64,000 nt of DNA, from contig OLMU01003073.1 of assembly GCA_900291995.1 (NCBI GenBank), positions 1 to 64,000 on the forward strand, read 5' to 3'. The notes beneath the pieces are model-generated. The model did no database searches. It was not told the DNA's origin and was given only the letters and a program-made list of their open reading frames with translations. Below, piece by piece: positions 1 to 10,144 of the stretch (its first letter is position 1; each line of letters starts with the position of its first letter). The translations under genes and the position numbers were made by a program. Source of the DNA: Licmophora abbreviata. Its lineage: Eukaryota.

Positions 1-28
1 TATCGGCCACGGGCAAAAGACATGCTTC

Positions 29-1059
29 ATGATGGGTCGATTTGGAATAATCATTGTAGTGCTATCGGTATCGCTGGTCGCGTTGTATCTCCGGTCGTCG
101 TCAAAGAATGTTGGCACAGCATCATCCAGCACGACGAGTCATCTCTTTCGTTCGAACTATGAAGCCGGATCGAACCAACTTGCCGTGACGTCGATGGTGG
201 AGTCTCGTCAAGACCGAAGCTCCATGTTGCGTCATCTTATACGGTCTACTCATCCGGCTTTCAGCTGCAACTCAACCAATCTGACTATATCTTCAATCGA
301 GAGTGCTGGGACTGCTCTCCTATTGTTGTGCCGGAGCACAAGCTGATCTTCTTTGCCACACCCAAAGTGGGCTGTACCGTCTTCAAGCAGCTATTTCGTC
401 GCATTCGTGGTCATAGAGACTGGGCATTGCAAAAGTTCCCATCCATCCCCCACGATCCGCAGCGAAATGGACTTAATTATCTGTATCACTTTCGACCGGA
501 GGATGTTCGGGAAATGTTGATGAGTCCGACTTGGACAAAGGCTATTTTTGTGCGAGATCCTAAAGAACGACTGTTGTCCGCCTTTCTTGATAAGGGATTA
601 AGGAGTAAAGGTGGACATGTGCGGACCAAGTGCTGTACAGGAAAATTTGAAGGTCATGAAATGTGTCGGACGGAACGCATCACGTCCTTTGAGGGCTTCA
701 TAGACATTGTCGAAACTTGTTCGGACGTTCATTGGGCTCCGCAGGCCGATCGAATGGAAGACAAATACTGGCCTTACATCAACTTTGTTGGAAATATGGA
801 CAATATCGCTGCCGATACGAAGGCCTTGCTGCAGCAAGTGAGAGCATGGGACAGCTACGGGGCTTCAGGATGGGGAAGTCGTCACAACGAGGCCATCTTT
901 GAGAGCATTTCGCTCCGCAATCATGCAACGTCCGCCCGGCAAAAGATGAAACAATACTATACTCCCAAGCTCGAAGCACGGGTGGAACAGCTGTACGATA
1001 TGGATTACCTGCATCCAGTGATGAACCTGCGTCTAAAACGCGTCTTTCAGGACCCATGA
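29..1059 (+). CDS. Type II membrane carbohydrate sulfotransferase (Sulfotransfer_2/CHST-like)
   Basis: The N-terminal signal-anchor (GIIIVVLSVSLVALYL) is in the frame of 29. The catalytic frame is open from 163 and reads DYIFNRECWDCSPIVVPEHKLIFFATPKVGCT (5'-PSB), FVRDPKERLLSAF (3'-PB), HWAPQ and LYDMDY. The two frames join either by a weak-donor intron (185 or 197 to 264) or by a frameshift. Confidence 0.85.
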
Positions 1060-1189
1060 GGAGCCGAGACTGGAAGCTGATTAGGTGTCTACTCTCTAGA
1101 GGGACGATTATGATAGTTGAAAAACTGGTACACTATTTAGAATACCATTCAATGTCCTCCGCATAATGAGGACCTGACAATAGAAACAT

Positions 1190-2371
1190 CTAAAGCTCAC
1201 CAAGTGAAGGGACAATCTTGACTGCCGCAAACATGATATACGGTTTGATCAGCGCAAACGCATAAGGCAACAAGCTGAAGATCGTCGCTGACCTGAGCGT
1301 ATCGCCAACCTTTGAATAAAACCCAGTTTGTGCTTCGTACAGGTCGTCGTATATGCTGAAATCAATGCTATCGGAATCCGAACCAAGTTCACCTGTCACT
1401 GCCACGATGGCACGCAGGAAGCTTCCACACAGAGCCCGCATCAGACCGGCAATCGCAAACGGTGTGATGAAATCGAAGACCGTAAAGACACGTGCGACCA
1501 CAGCTGCCGGTGTCAGCACCCACGCGACAAATCGCATTGACCCCATGATTGCAAACGAACCCATACAAAGGGACATGTTCCGAGTGACTCGAAAGCCAGC
1601 TGTCCTTGCCTTTTCTGTTTCAGGGCTCGTTTCGGCCTTGTTCTTCTTCTTACCCTCGGTCATGACGGCATCCGCGGCGTCTTGTGCGGCTAACTTACGA
1701 AGAACAATGGCCACCACAGCCGCGACAACTGCCAGACCAGCGGGAGCGATGAGGGTCGTAGGTCCTGCAGTATTACTCAAACCTGCCTGCTGCCAATTTG
1801 ACGCGGCAAGCGACATGGAGACGCCCAAGATGCTCCAGGCCGTGGTCCTCCAGAGCCTTGCCATGGTCGTGCACAGATCGAATACAGATTCATGAGTCAT
1901 TCGGGTCTTTGAGATGAGATTCTCTCCGTACAAGTTGGTCACAGTCCAGAGACCGTAGCCAAAGAAAACTAAATTGAGAGAGTCGACAATGTCTACTGCC
2001 ACGAGCCACGTGAAGGCTTCCTGGAAGGCGCTACGGTCAACAAGAGTGATAAGAATGTCGGCGAGTACCGATGCAAAACACCAACGGTATGTCAGCTTCA
2101 TGCTGTCCAATGCACCCTGCGCCTTCTTCACTCTGTCGCCGTCGTCGACCTGCGAAGCAGCCTTCCTCGAGCCCCCGCCCCTTAGTGGTCGTGTGGCCAT
2201 TGGAATGCTGGCTTGTTGAGTCCGAGCTGAGAGAGAATTGGGAATGAAAGCCTCGTGGTTTCTTTGGTTCAGAGACGGCGTGTTCCCTGACACGAGGCAA
2301 GTGGTTCGTAATGGCTGCAGGAGTACGATCGACGCTAGAATGGCAGGGAGGCAGCGCTTCGTCGATGTCAT
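1190..2371 (-). CDS. Multi-pass membrane protein of unknown function with N-terminal targeting peptide
   Basis: Long ORF; first ATG at 2371 (MTSTKRCLPAILASIVLLQ, signal-like), followed by about 6-7 hydrophobic segments. No family recognised. Confidence 0.7.
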   Translation of the reverse strand: MTSTKRCLPAILASIVLLQPLRTTCLVSGNTPSLNQRNHEAFIPNSLSARTQQASIPMATRPLRGGGSRKAASQVDDGDRVKKAQGALDSMKLTYRWCFASVLADILITLVDRSAFQEAFTWLVAVDIVDSLNLVFFGYGLWTVTNLYGENLISKTRMTHESVFDLCTTMARLWRTTAWSILGVSMSLAASNWQQAGLSNTAGPTTLIAPAGLAVVAAVVAIVLRKLAAQDAADAVMTEGKKKNKAETSPETEKARTAGFRVTRNMSLCMGSFAIMGSMRFVAWVLTPAAVVARVFTVFDFITPFAIAGLMRALCGSFLRAIVAVTGELGSDSDSIDFSIYDDLYEAQTGFYSKVGDTLRSATIFSLLPYAFALIKPYIMFAAVKIVPSLGEL

Positions 2372-2721
2372 CTTGACTCCACATGGATGATGTGTGACAG
2401 CTCCCGCGATGAGCGCCCCCCATATCGCAACTCCTTGGCGCTCCACATTCAACTTGCAATCGAGTCTAAGCTCAATCTTCAAAGACAAAACTATGAGATA
2501 CCAAAACAACGAAATCTTGGGCGATGGGTAGTATAGAAATGGCTATCTCAATCTCATCGTCTCTAGACTCACTGCCGAACCTAGTAGTACATGTCATACT
2601 TCTGGGCTTTAGAGGGACGCAGTAGACCGACTGATGAGACTCCTTCTAAACGCAATTAAAACACTTTGCACATAGTTGTTGTACATTTCATCTATTGTTA
2701 CACTAGTACGAGTCACTGGAT

Positions 2722-4500
2722 TCAAACAATCAGGATGGAATCATACTCCTCTTGCGTGGGCACGACCCGCACCTCACTCATCCGTCTTGACCTTCGATAC
2801 AATGAACGGAAGAGTATCGCAGTCACAAACGCCACTACCAGCAAAACGCTCCACTTCTGCAGGCTTCCTGCCCTACTTCTGCGGTTTGAGGCCTTGGATG
2901 AAGACGAAGTGCCCCCTCTTGGGGACTTTCGTTTGCCGAGCCAGCCGCTGTGAAGATGGTTGTCGCACTTCCAGTAATCCGCCACGTATTCCATCCACAG
3001 CGATCGCATTGTTCGATCACCCTCAAACGTTCTGTTCAGCGGAGGTATGTCATCCGAGAAGAGCCGGCCCGCGACGAAGGCCAGGTCAGATTCGACCGTG
3101 TATACATCGAACACGCTCTCAGTGCTGTCGATCATAGTACTTGCAAACGACGGAAGCGTTCCATTTAAATACTTCCCTCGGTTGGCGCCATCCTCGACGA
3201 TTTGTTCGACAGTCTCTCTAGGAACGTTGGACGCCACTTTGACAATGATGTCGTCTATTGCAACGACCGCTGCAATGTCCGTTACGGTGACGTTCCCTTC
3301 CAACAAGTCATATCGAAACACCCATGCGACTGATTGCATCAACACGGACGCATTGGACGATGCATCTGGTGACACTACGGGCTTGAACAGTGTAGACGGA
3401 ACGACGCTTCCGAGGTAGTGCCCCCATAGCGAGTCTTTTTCCTCCAGTGACTTTTGTTCATAGTACCGCCGCGACGAGCAGCCGACGACTTCCAACAGGT
3501 TCATGGCAGTTTGTGTGTCACGAATCTTTTTCGAAAGCGCCATGCCAGCATCAGTGTCCAATGATGATGGCGATCCATCATTCGGCAAAGCGGATTCCAA
3601 GGACGCCTTGTTGGCATCGAGAAAGACGTGTTGGAAGGAGGAATTCGTAACAGTTGTATGCTTTGTGGGAAACGATACGAAGCCAACTGTATCAAGAAAG
3701 CGACCTGCTTCAAACGAGGTACTGGAAGTATCCAGCCTAGAGTACCCTCGGTAGTGCGTGTGTCCCGTGATGAACTGAATCGGCATGTGTGAGCCACATT
3801 CGCCCCGAATGGCAACTCGCAGGATATCAACAAGCGGGTCATTGAGATCCATATGAGCTAATACCAAGACCGCATCGAAGTGATGTCCTCTCAATGCAGT
3901 TACGAACCAGTTTGTCGTTGCCATGTGTTCGACCGGTTCGACATTCACGAGTGGACTCGCATCCGGCATGTCGTACAAGAATCCGAAGACCATGATCGTC
4001 GAGTGATTCCCCTGCAACAAACGATACCGCCGCCCCAACGGCTGATGTGTTCGATGATGAACCACATTGGAGGTCAGATAGGCGTGATCCCACGATTGTA
4101 TGTATCCATCCATCATGTACTGCACCGTTTCATCCTGTTCGAGTTCGTGATTCCCCACGTTGATGGCGTCAAAGGGCATGTCTCTCAAAATTCGAGTCAG
4201 ATTGACCGGTGGATTCGTCGACAGGCCTGTCCCATGGACAAAATCCCCATTGTTGACAAACCATAAATCTCTATCCTTCTGTTCGCAGTCGGCTTTGAGT
4301 CGCTCGTAAAAGGACAGAACATGACCGTAATCCGCATCCAAGTTTGGTTCGTGATATCCGTGACCCGCGACCCACGAATGCGTGTCAGTCAGTACCAACA
4401 CATTCACATCTCCAAACGGAAGATCTACAGCGAGTGAAAATTTGGTAAGGAAACGCCAGAGGCCTAAGAGAACCACAGATATTCTTTTCCGTGTCCTCAT
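2722..4500 (-). CDS. Calcineurin-like metallophosphoesterase / 5'-nucleotidase (YHR202W-like), type I membrane protein
   Basis: Signal peptide; metal motifs TDTHSW, NGDFVHGTG, NVGNHEL, LAHM, GHTH; C-terminal TM (WSVLLVVAFVTAILF) and a tail containing YDSI. Confidence 0.85.
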   Translation of the reverse strand: MRTRKRISVVLLGLWRFLTKFSLAVDLPFGDVNVLVLTDTHSWVAGHGYHEPNLDADYGHVLSFYERLKADCEQKDRDLWFVNNGDFVHGTGLSTNPPVNLTRILRDMPFDAINVGNHELEQDETVQYMMDGYIQSWDHAYLTSNVVHHRTHQPLGRRYRLLQGNHSTIMVFGFLYDMPDASPLVNVEPVEHMATTNWFVTALRGHHFDAVLVLAHMDLNDPLVDILRVAIRGECGSHMPIQFITGHTHYRGYSRLDTSSTSFEAGRFLDTVGFVSFPTKHTTVTNSSFQHVFLDANKASLESALPNDGSPSSLDTDAGMALSKKIRDTQTAMNLLEVVGCSSRRYYEQKSLEEKDSLWGHYLGSVVPSTLFKPVVSPDASSNASVLMQSVAWVFRYDLLEGNVTVTDIAAVVAIDDIIVKVASNVPRETVEQIVEDGANRGKYLNGTLPSFASTMIDSTESVFDVYTVESDLAFVAGRLFSDDIPPLNRTFEGDRTMRSLWMEYVADYWKCDNHLHSGWLGKRKSPRGGTSSSSKASNRRSRAGSLQKWSVLLVVAFVTAILFRSLYRRSRRMSEVRVVPTQEEYDSILIV

Positions 4501-4817
4501 GGTTCATCTCGTCTCCATCGTTGTGAGAACCATCATGATGTGTCTTCGTCGTCGTCGTCGCGCTGTGAAATATTTCAAAACTTTTTATGAAGCTTTTTGG
4601 TACGAAGTATTGTTTTGGGAGCTCGCCACTACGAGAGCGCGCCGAGCCCTTTGGGCCTTTTTAGATGACCCGCGCCACAATGACTGAACCGCGAGACTTT
4701 GTCACTTTACTTTTTGCCTATTCTGTATCATAGCAGATGACAGTCGCACACACAACTGCCCTTTGAGCTATTGATGTTTGCAGAGACAGGGGCGAATCCA
4801 TACCGTTCAGCGTCATC

Positions 4818-6062
4818 ATGCCACAGACTACCGAAGGGGAGGCGTTGTTGGAAAGTGGGGAGCTCCATCGGGTGTCAGAAGGAAAGAAAGAAAAGAAGAG
4901 GCGGAGGTCATCTCTCTCGCAGACAGAGGCCCACAAAGTTAACGATTCCATGGACCATGACATGGAGGAACACGACGACGACACGCATCGATGGCACACC
5001 AGGGCCAAGCGAGCTTTGCTAACTGTACTTATCATGGCGCTGTGCTCGATGCGGATCCCGAGGGGTCTGTCCGCAAGTCGATCTGCGTCAGCCACGACTT
5101 CGTTGTCCGTGCAGGATCGATCTTCCTACATTCGAGAATACGGACCCGCCCTTGCATCGCTCAATACGAACTCTTCATCTGTGGGTGATACTTCGTTTCA
5201 ATTGTCACCCAATCTAGATTACTTGGCAGACACGAACGATCTACCGCTTGGAGCCCACGACGTTCCATTGTTTCTGCACATTCCGAGGTGCGGAGGCTCG
5301 ACCGTCAAGGACATTCTCGGATCCTGCCATGGAGCCGCCGAGGCTTCCGACGTTGGCGCCCGAAATGGTCACGATCGAGACGACGAGCTGCAATTAGTCT
5401 ATGGGGAACATGGGTCAAGATTTGTCAATGTCGACACAACGACGCTCGAAGGGATTCGTCGGTCCAAGCGCATGGGACTGGTCGAGAGCGAGCTGGCGGA
5501 CATTATCGTGACGCAGCACTTACACCCAGCCGCAACCCTTTTCAACAAGAAACAGAGGGGTCGACTGTTTGCTATGATGCGACATCCAATTGACCGAGCT
5601 ATTTCTCTTTTCTATTACCTCGGCGTAGCGCATTGGGAACCAACGTTCGATCCGGACCTCGGATACATTAGTATCGAAATGTACGCTCGGTCGAAACGTA
5701 TCGAACATAACTGGATGACGCGGTTCCTGAGCAACGAATTACAAGCTGACCTGACAACACGTCACCTGGCAATTGCCAAGGAAGTCATGCGGCGAAAAAT
5801 GTTGGTCGGCTTGCTTGACCAAAAAAGTGAGAGTTGGCGACGATTCGAACAGTACTTTGGATGGAATACCAAGACGCAAGAGGAGCGAGAGTGCCGCGAC
5901 AAGCTACTGCATTGGGGTTGGAGTAACAAACACTCTCATCCACAAGTCGAGGAAGGCAGCCCGGTGTGGGATCTTTTATACAAGCAGAACGCTCTCGATA
6001 TAGAGCTGTACGCTTTTGCCAGGCAGCTCTTTGAGAAGCAGTCCGCGATGTTTTACGACTAG
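4818..6062 (+). CDS. Type II membrane sulfotransferase-family protein
   Basis: Signal-anchor ALLTVLIMALC; FLHIPRCGGSTVK (5'-PSB-like); MMRHPIDRAISLFYY (3'-PB-like); NWMTRFL; NALDIELY. Confidence 0.85.
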   Translation: MPQTTEGEALLESGELHRVSEGKKEKKRRRSSLSQTEAHKVNDSMDHDMEEHDDDTHRWHTRAKRALLTVLIMALCSMRIPRGLSASRSASATTSLSVQDRSSYIREYGPALASLNTNSSSVGDTSFQLSPNLDYLADTNDLPLGAHDVPLFLHIPRCGGSTVKDILGSCHGAAEASDVGARNGHDRDDELQLVYGEHGSRFVNVDTTTLEGIRRSKRMGLVESELADIIVTQHLHPAATLFNKKQRGRLFAMMRHPIDRAISLFYYLGVAHWEPTFDPDLGYISIEMYARSKRIEHNWMTRFLSNELQADLTTRHLAIAKEVMRRKMLVGLLDQKSESWRRFEQYFGWNTKTQEERECRDKLLHWGWSNKHSHPQVEEGSPVWDLLYKQNALDIELYAFARQLFEKQSAMFYD

Positions 6063-6108
6063 CCACGTCAATAGAAAAGAACCAACGTTGTACATCGTAC
6101 TACTACAG

Positions 6109-7341
6109 TTATCCTATCTCTGATGGACCCTTGAACAGTTGGGCTTGGTCTCGAAAGAGCTCTTCTGCGAATTCGTACACTTGTAAATCAAACTCATTGT
6201 TTTGCATGAGCGCCCGCCAAGCTTCGCTTCCCTCTTTTATTGGTGGGTGCTTGTTCTTGTTAGGCCAGTCCCAGTCGAGTAGCTTCCCATGGCACTCTTC
6301 CATTTGTTCGTTTTTAATGGCCCATTCAAAGAACGTCTCAAATCGCCGCAGACTTTCTCCTTTGCGACTCAACAGACCTACAATAAACTTGGTCCGCAAT
6401 ACTTCCTTGGCGAGTGCCAAGTGTTTTCTTGTTAGTTCACCTTCCATTGTCCCTGTCAGAAAACGCGTATACCAGTTGCTCTCTGCCATTTCACTTTTGG
6501 CATAGTCTACGAGTGACATTCCAGGCGTCAAGAGAGACTCGATTGGCTCAGTGTTTGACAGGTAGTAATATATGCTTGCGGAACGGTCAATGGGATTTCG
6601 AAGCATTGTAAATGCCCTCCCTCGATGGCCACTGGAAAGCAGTTGTTCACTTGCTTCATACAAAAATGGAGTTGCCATGAGATCCAGCAGTGGACTATCA
6701 GCGAGATGCAAGTGCTTGGCGCGGTCGATTCCGGCGATGGTTGTGACGTCCACATTGATATACCTGCCACCTTCCAAGTCCGTGATGACGGATAGTTCAT
6801 TCGACGAAGAGTCAGCACCTGCTTCTGATGCGATATTGAGACCAAAGCAGTGCGCTACGATGCTCTTGACCATGGAACCTCCAGATCGCGGTACCGCCCA
6901 AAAGAGTGCCTTGTCCGTCGGTCGTTTAGGATCGTCGATGTTTGCCAAGTACTGAAGAGAAGTTGGCAATGGTACGCTAACGGGATCGTCCTCTCCTTCC
7001 TCGGTTTGATTTCTAGCGTTCTTGTCGGTTGCATCCGGCCTTCGCCGTCGTACCCTCTGCAAGAATTCCTCGTCGTGGTCGGGCTCTTGCGATTGTTTGC
7101 CGTCGTCCGTGAAGAGAGTTTGGAAATTGCTGACGCCTTCATTCACAGCCGCTACTAGCAGAACTCCCACAATTAAGACAATTCCAAACTTGGGGGCCCG
7201 CAGTGGATCTCGAGCACTACTGCAGTTGTTGTTCTTTCGAACGAGTGGAGAATCAAGCGCCGGTGATGATGTTTTTGAGAGCGAGTCTCTTCGCCGAGAG
7301 GATGAGAACCCTACTGGCCTCTTGCCATTGGAGGAAGGCAT
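6109..7341 (-). CDS. Type II membrane sulfotransferase-family protein (paralogue of 4818-6062)
   Basis: ATG at 7341; TM FGIVLIVGVLLVAAV; FWAVPRSGGSMVK; LRNPIDRSASIYYY; NWYTRFL; NEFDLQVY. Clearly alignable with its neighbour. Confidence 0.85.
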   Translation of the reverse strand: MPSSNGKRPVGFSSSRRRDSLSKTSSPALDSPLVRKNNNCSSARDPLRAPKFGIVLIVGVLLVAAVNEGVSNFQTLFTDDGKQSQEPDHDEEFLQRVRRRRPDATDKNARNQTEEGEDDPVSVPLPTSLQYLANIDDPKRPTDKALFWAVPRSGGSMVKSIVAHCFGLNIASEAGADSSSNELSVITDLEGGRYINVDVTTIAGIDRAKHLHLADSPLLDLMATPFLYEASEQLLSSGHRGRAFTMLRNPIDRSASIYYYLSNTEPIESLLTPGMSLVDYAKSEMAESNWYTRFLTGTMEGELTRKHLALAKEVLRTKFIVGLLSRKGESLRRFETFFEWAIKNEQMEECHGKLLDWDWPNKNKHPPIKEGSEAWRALMQNNEFDLQVYEFAEELFRDQAQLFKGPSEIG

Positions 7342-7627
7342 CAATCCTATTGAGGCTTAATTCTGGAAGCGGGTGCTGAAAGTCTTCGTCAAGCAGTGCA
7401 GCGAAGTATAGGTTTGGGCGCCTTGGATGTGTCATGTGAGTGACTTTCGCAATGACTTTTCTTTGGTTTGGCGCGCACTTTTTTCGTTTGGCTTCCTACA
7501 TTCGCGCGGGAAACGTTCCACGAAAAGCGCGCGCGCCTGCTGTATCTTTTTGATTTTTGCGAAAGAACAAAATACTCTCACGAAAAAGATTCATTCATTC
7601 ATTACACACAAGACGACGCGCGCACCA

Positions 7628-8481
7628 TGATGGCATGGAGAATTCCGCTTGCGCTTCTGCTCACCGTTGCACCAGGAATACTGCGACGGGTACGAGAGAT
7701 CCTTGTTGTAGAAAGGGGCCGCGAGCCAGGGCTTCCGGAAGCCCGGCTATGGACACGAACGAGAGCAGCAACGATGCGCGATGCGGATCTGACGACAGGG
7801 ATGCCCGGCGCGACGAATACGAACGCACGCCTACCTCCTCGTGGCATGGATCGCTTTGCCCGCCTGTCGTCTCTCAACTTCTCCATCGGAAATGAAGAGA
7901 TGGGAAATGAAGAGGATTCTGCAATGTTCGTAGCGACCACTGATGAGGCAGCACAAAGTATGGATCGACGATTCGAGGTTTCGTGGGACAAGGGATCGGA
8001 ACTCTGGTGGGCCTTCTTTCTTGGAAGTATTCTGGCTCAGGCAGGCAAGGTTGCGTTTGCAGGAAGCGCTGGACCGGCGGCGACTCTCTTGGCCCTAATG
8101 ATTCCTACAACGACAGCGGGACCTTTCTCATCTCACGCGGCAAAGCAGCCGACACCATTCTTGTCGTCTGACCCGGCGTCGTTTGGTTCAAGATGGCTTC
8201 CTCACCGTCGATCGCCGCCGCCATCATCGTCCCGTCATGCACGTTTTGGATGGCGACGACCTTCAACAAGGACACGTAGTAGTCCTTCTTCGTCGTCCAT
8301 CCATCAAACACGAAACAAGCGGTCGAAATCGAGTCGTGAAATCAAGCGACGTCCGAAACGACAGTCGGCGGACGATGACATGCTCTGGCCCATCACGAAA
8401 GCGCTCATTCCGCAAAAGTATTTGAAATTGCATAAGGGCCATGTCGCGGGACGGAAACAATCTTGGACCAAAAAGAAGTAG
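7628..8481 (+). CDS. Hypothetical protein (signal-like N-terminus, hydrophobic segment, basic Ser/Arg-rich tail)
   Basis: ORF from ATG 7628 (MMAWRIPLALLLTVA) with hydrophobic WWAFFLGSILA. No family recognised; the model is uncertain. Confidence 0.4.
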
Positions 8482-8695
8482 TACATAGATGCCATGAAAA
8501 ACGATATCAGATCGTTTGTACCTGATGATAAGTTGATGATTTATACTCTGTCAAGACAAAACTCCGATAGCGATGAAAGGTTCTCTCCTTCGCAGGTCGT
8601 GCCCTGACTGAACTCAAACCACATTGACAGAAAGCTCAGGCGTCAAGCGAACATAGACAGGTGTATGCGCATGATTTTGTATGCTCGTGCGTCTA

Positions 8696-10144
8696 CTAGA
8701 AATCGTCTGGACACGTGCAGCATGAACATTCGACTTTGGGTGGATCTCCACTGCAATCCACAATGAAAAACATGAGGTAGATATTGTTGATCGCCCTTCG
8801 CTCATCAAGAACATCGCAAAGAGGCTCCACAGTGCCACTATAACAAAAAAGAGTGAGGCAGGTAGGTGTTGTGAGCACAATGACGAGCTACAGTATGAGG
8901 CCGTGATGAGTTCAAGACAAGTGCGAAACTCACGTCATGTCATTTTCGTCCAAATAGAGGGCCACTGAAGGCAAACGTCACGAAATGCGAGGGTGAGTAA
9001 GTACGCAAACATATCGTACACACCAGAACATCGTCGGCGGCCGTTCTCTTGACGTACCAAGCTTTTCTAGTTTCAGGAGACTGTCTGTTGGGACTTCCCC
9101 AACCATGGTATTCTGTTGCAGCTGTAATACTTCGAGGTCCAACAACTTTCCGACACTTGGTGAAAGCTGTCCGGTCAGTTTGTTGGTATCCAAATCGATC
9201 ACCTTGAGGCTTGTCAGCGTGAACAGCGTTTCGGGAAGTCCGCCCGAAAGGAGATTATCGTCAATGTCGAGTTCCTCGAGGGCAGTGAGTCGTCCAATGG
9301 ATGACGAGAGTTGTCCAAAGATCTTGTTGGTGTCCATGAAGAGACGCATCAAGCTGGTCAGAAAGAATAGTTCCTCTGGGATCTCGCCTTCGAGATTTTG
9401 TTCCTTGAGCACGAACTCGGTCAGAGGAGCGTAGTCGTCAGCATCCGCTGGCATGCTCGAACACCGCATGCCGAACCAGTAGCACTCATTGCTGGCATCC
9501 AAGAACCGCGTTTCACCAGCAGGACAGTCCCCACCATCGTTCGCGGCGCGGCACTTCGTCCAAATAGATCCGCCCATATCGAAGTAGGAGAGAGCGACAA
9601 TGTACCGCTGAATCAAGCGCTCTGCATTGTCTCCGCAGAGTGCGGCTTCGTCGTCGACATCGATCCACATGCGCGTCGCGTACTGCGCCGACGTTGTATC
9701 TGACAACCGAACGGTCTCGGAAACGGTCGACAGCGCGCTGAAGATTTCTGTGGAACGGGCAGAGACGGAGGTGCCGCACTTTTGCTGGATGAACGCCTCG
9801 CGATCTTGTGCTGGTGTAGGTGAACTGGTAGGCGGGTTGTTGGGCGAAGGGTTGGAGGGAGTGTTGGGCGAAGGGTTCGGCGATTGGCCGGGCATGGACA
9901 TGGACAGAGACATGGAAAAAGACATGGAGAAGGAGCCCTCTGTGAGGAGACGGGCGAAGTCCTCCTCGTCTTGCAGTAGCAGCCAGGACTCCACATCGTG
10001 TCTCTCCATCATCAGGGCAGAGGGGAGAGCGATATCATCAGTCTCCTCAGAAACTTGATAGACACGCCGCAGCCTTCGAATTCCTGCTTCGGCAGGCCTT
10101 ACCAGCAGTAGCGCCGCTCCCCATAGGGCTGTATGGTTCCTCAT
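8696..10144 (-). CDS. Secreted LRR protein with SMSM motif, Pro-rich linker and Cys-rich C-terminal cap (~419 aa)
   Basis: Exons 10144-9058, 8964-8934 (31-nt microexon) and 8837-8696 splice in frame via GT-AG introns. Signal peptide, SFSMSFSMSLSMSM, ECYWFGMRC cap, plant-type LRRs (LxxLDLxxNxLxG) and a C-terminus ending VDC...VECSCCTC. Confidence 0.85.
9835..9932 (-). repeat. Coding low-complexity repeats: SMS-type repeats and NPSP/NTPS Pro-rich repeats
   Basis: GACATGGA occurs three times in 9897-9928 and GTTGGGCGAAGG twice on the + strand, encoding SFSMSFSMSLSMSM and SPNPSPNTPSNPSPNNPP. Confidence 0.7.

Noticed and set aside
4547..4560. Short (CGT)n run in the nucleotidase/sulfotransferase promoter
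   Set aside because: Too short; similar CGT/GAC runs occur at several other places in the window.
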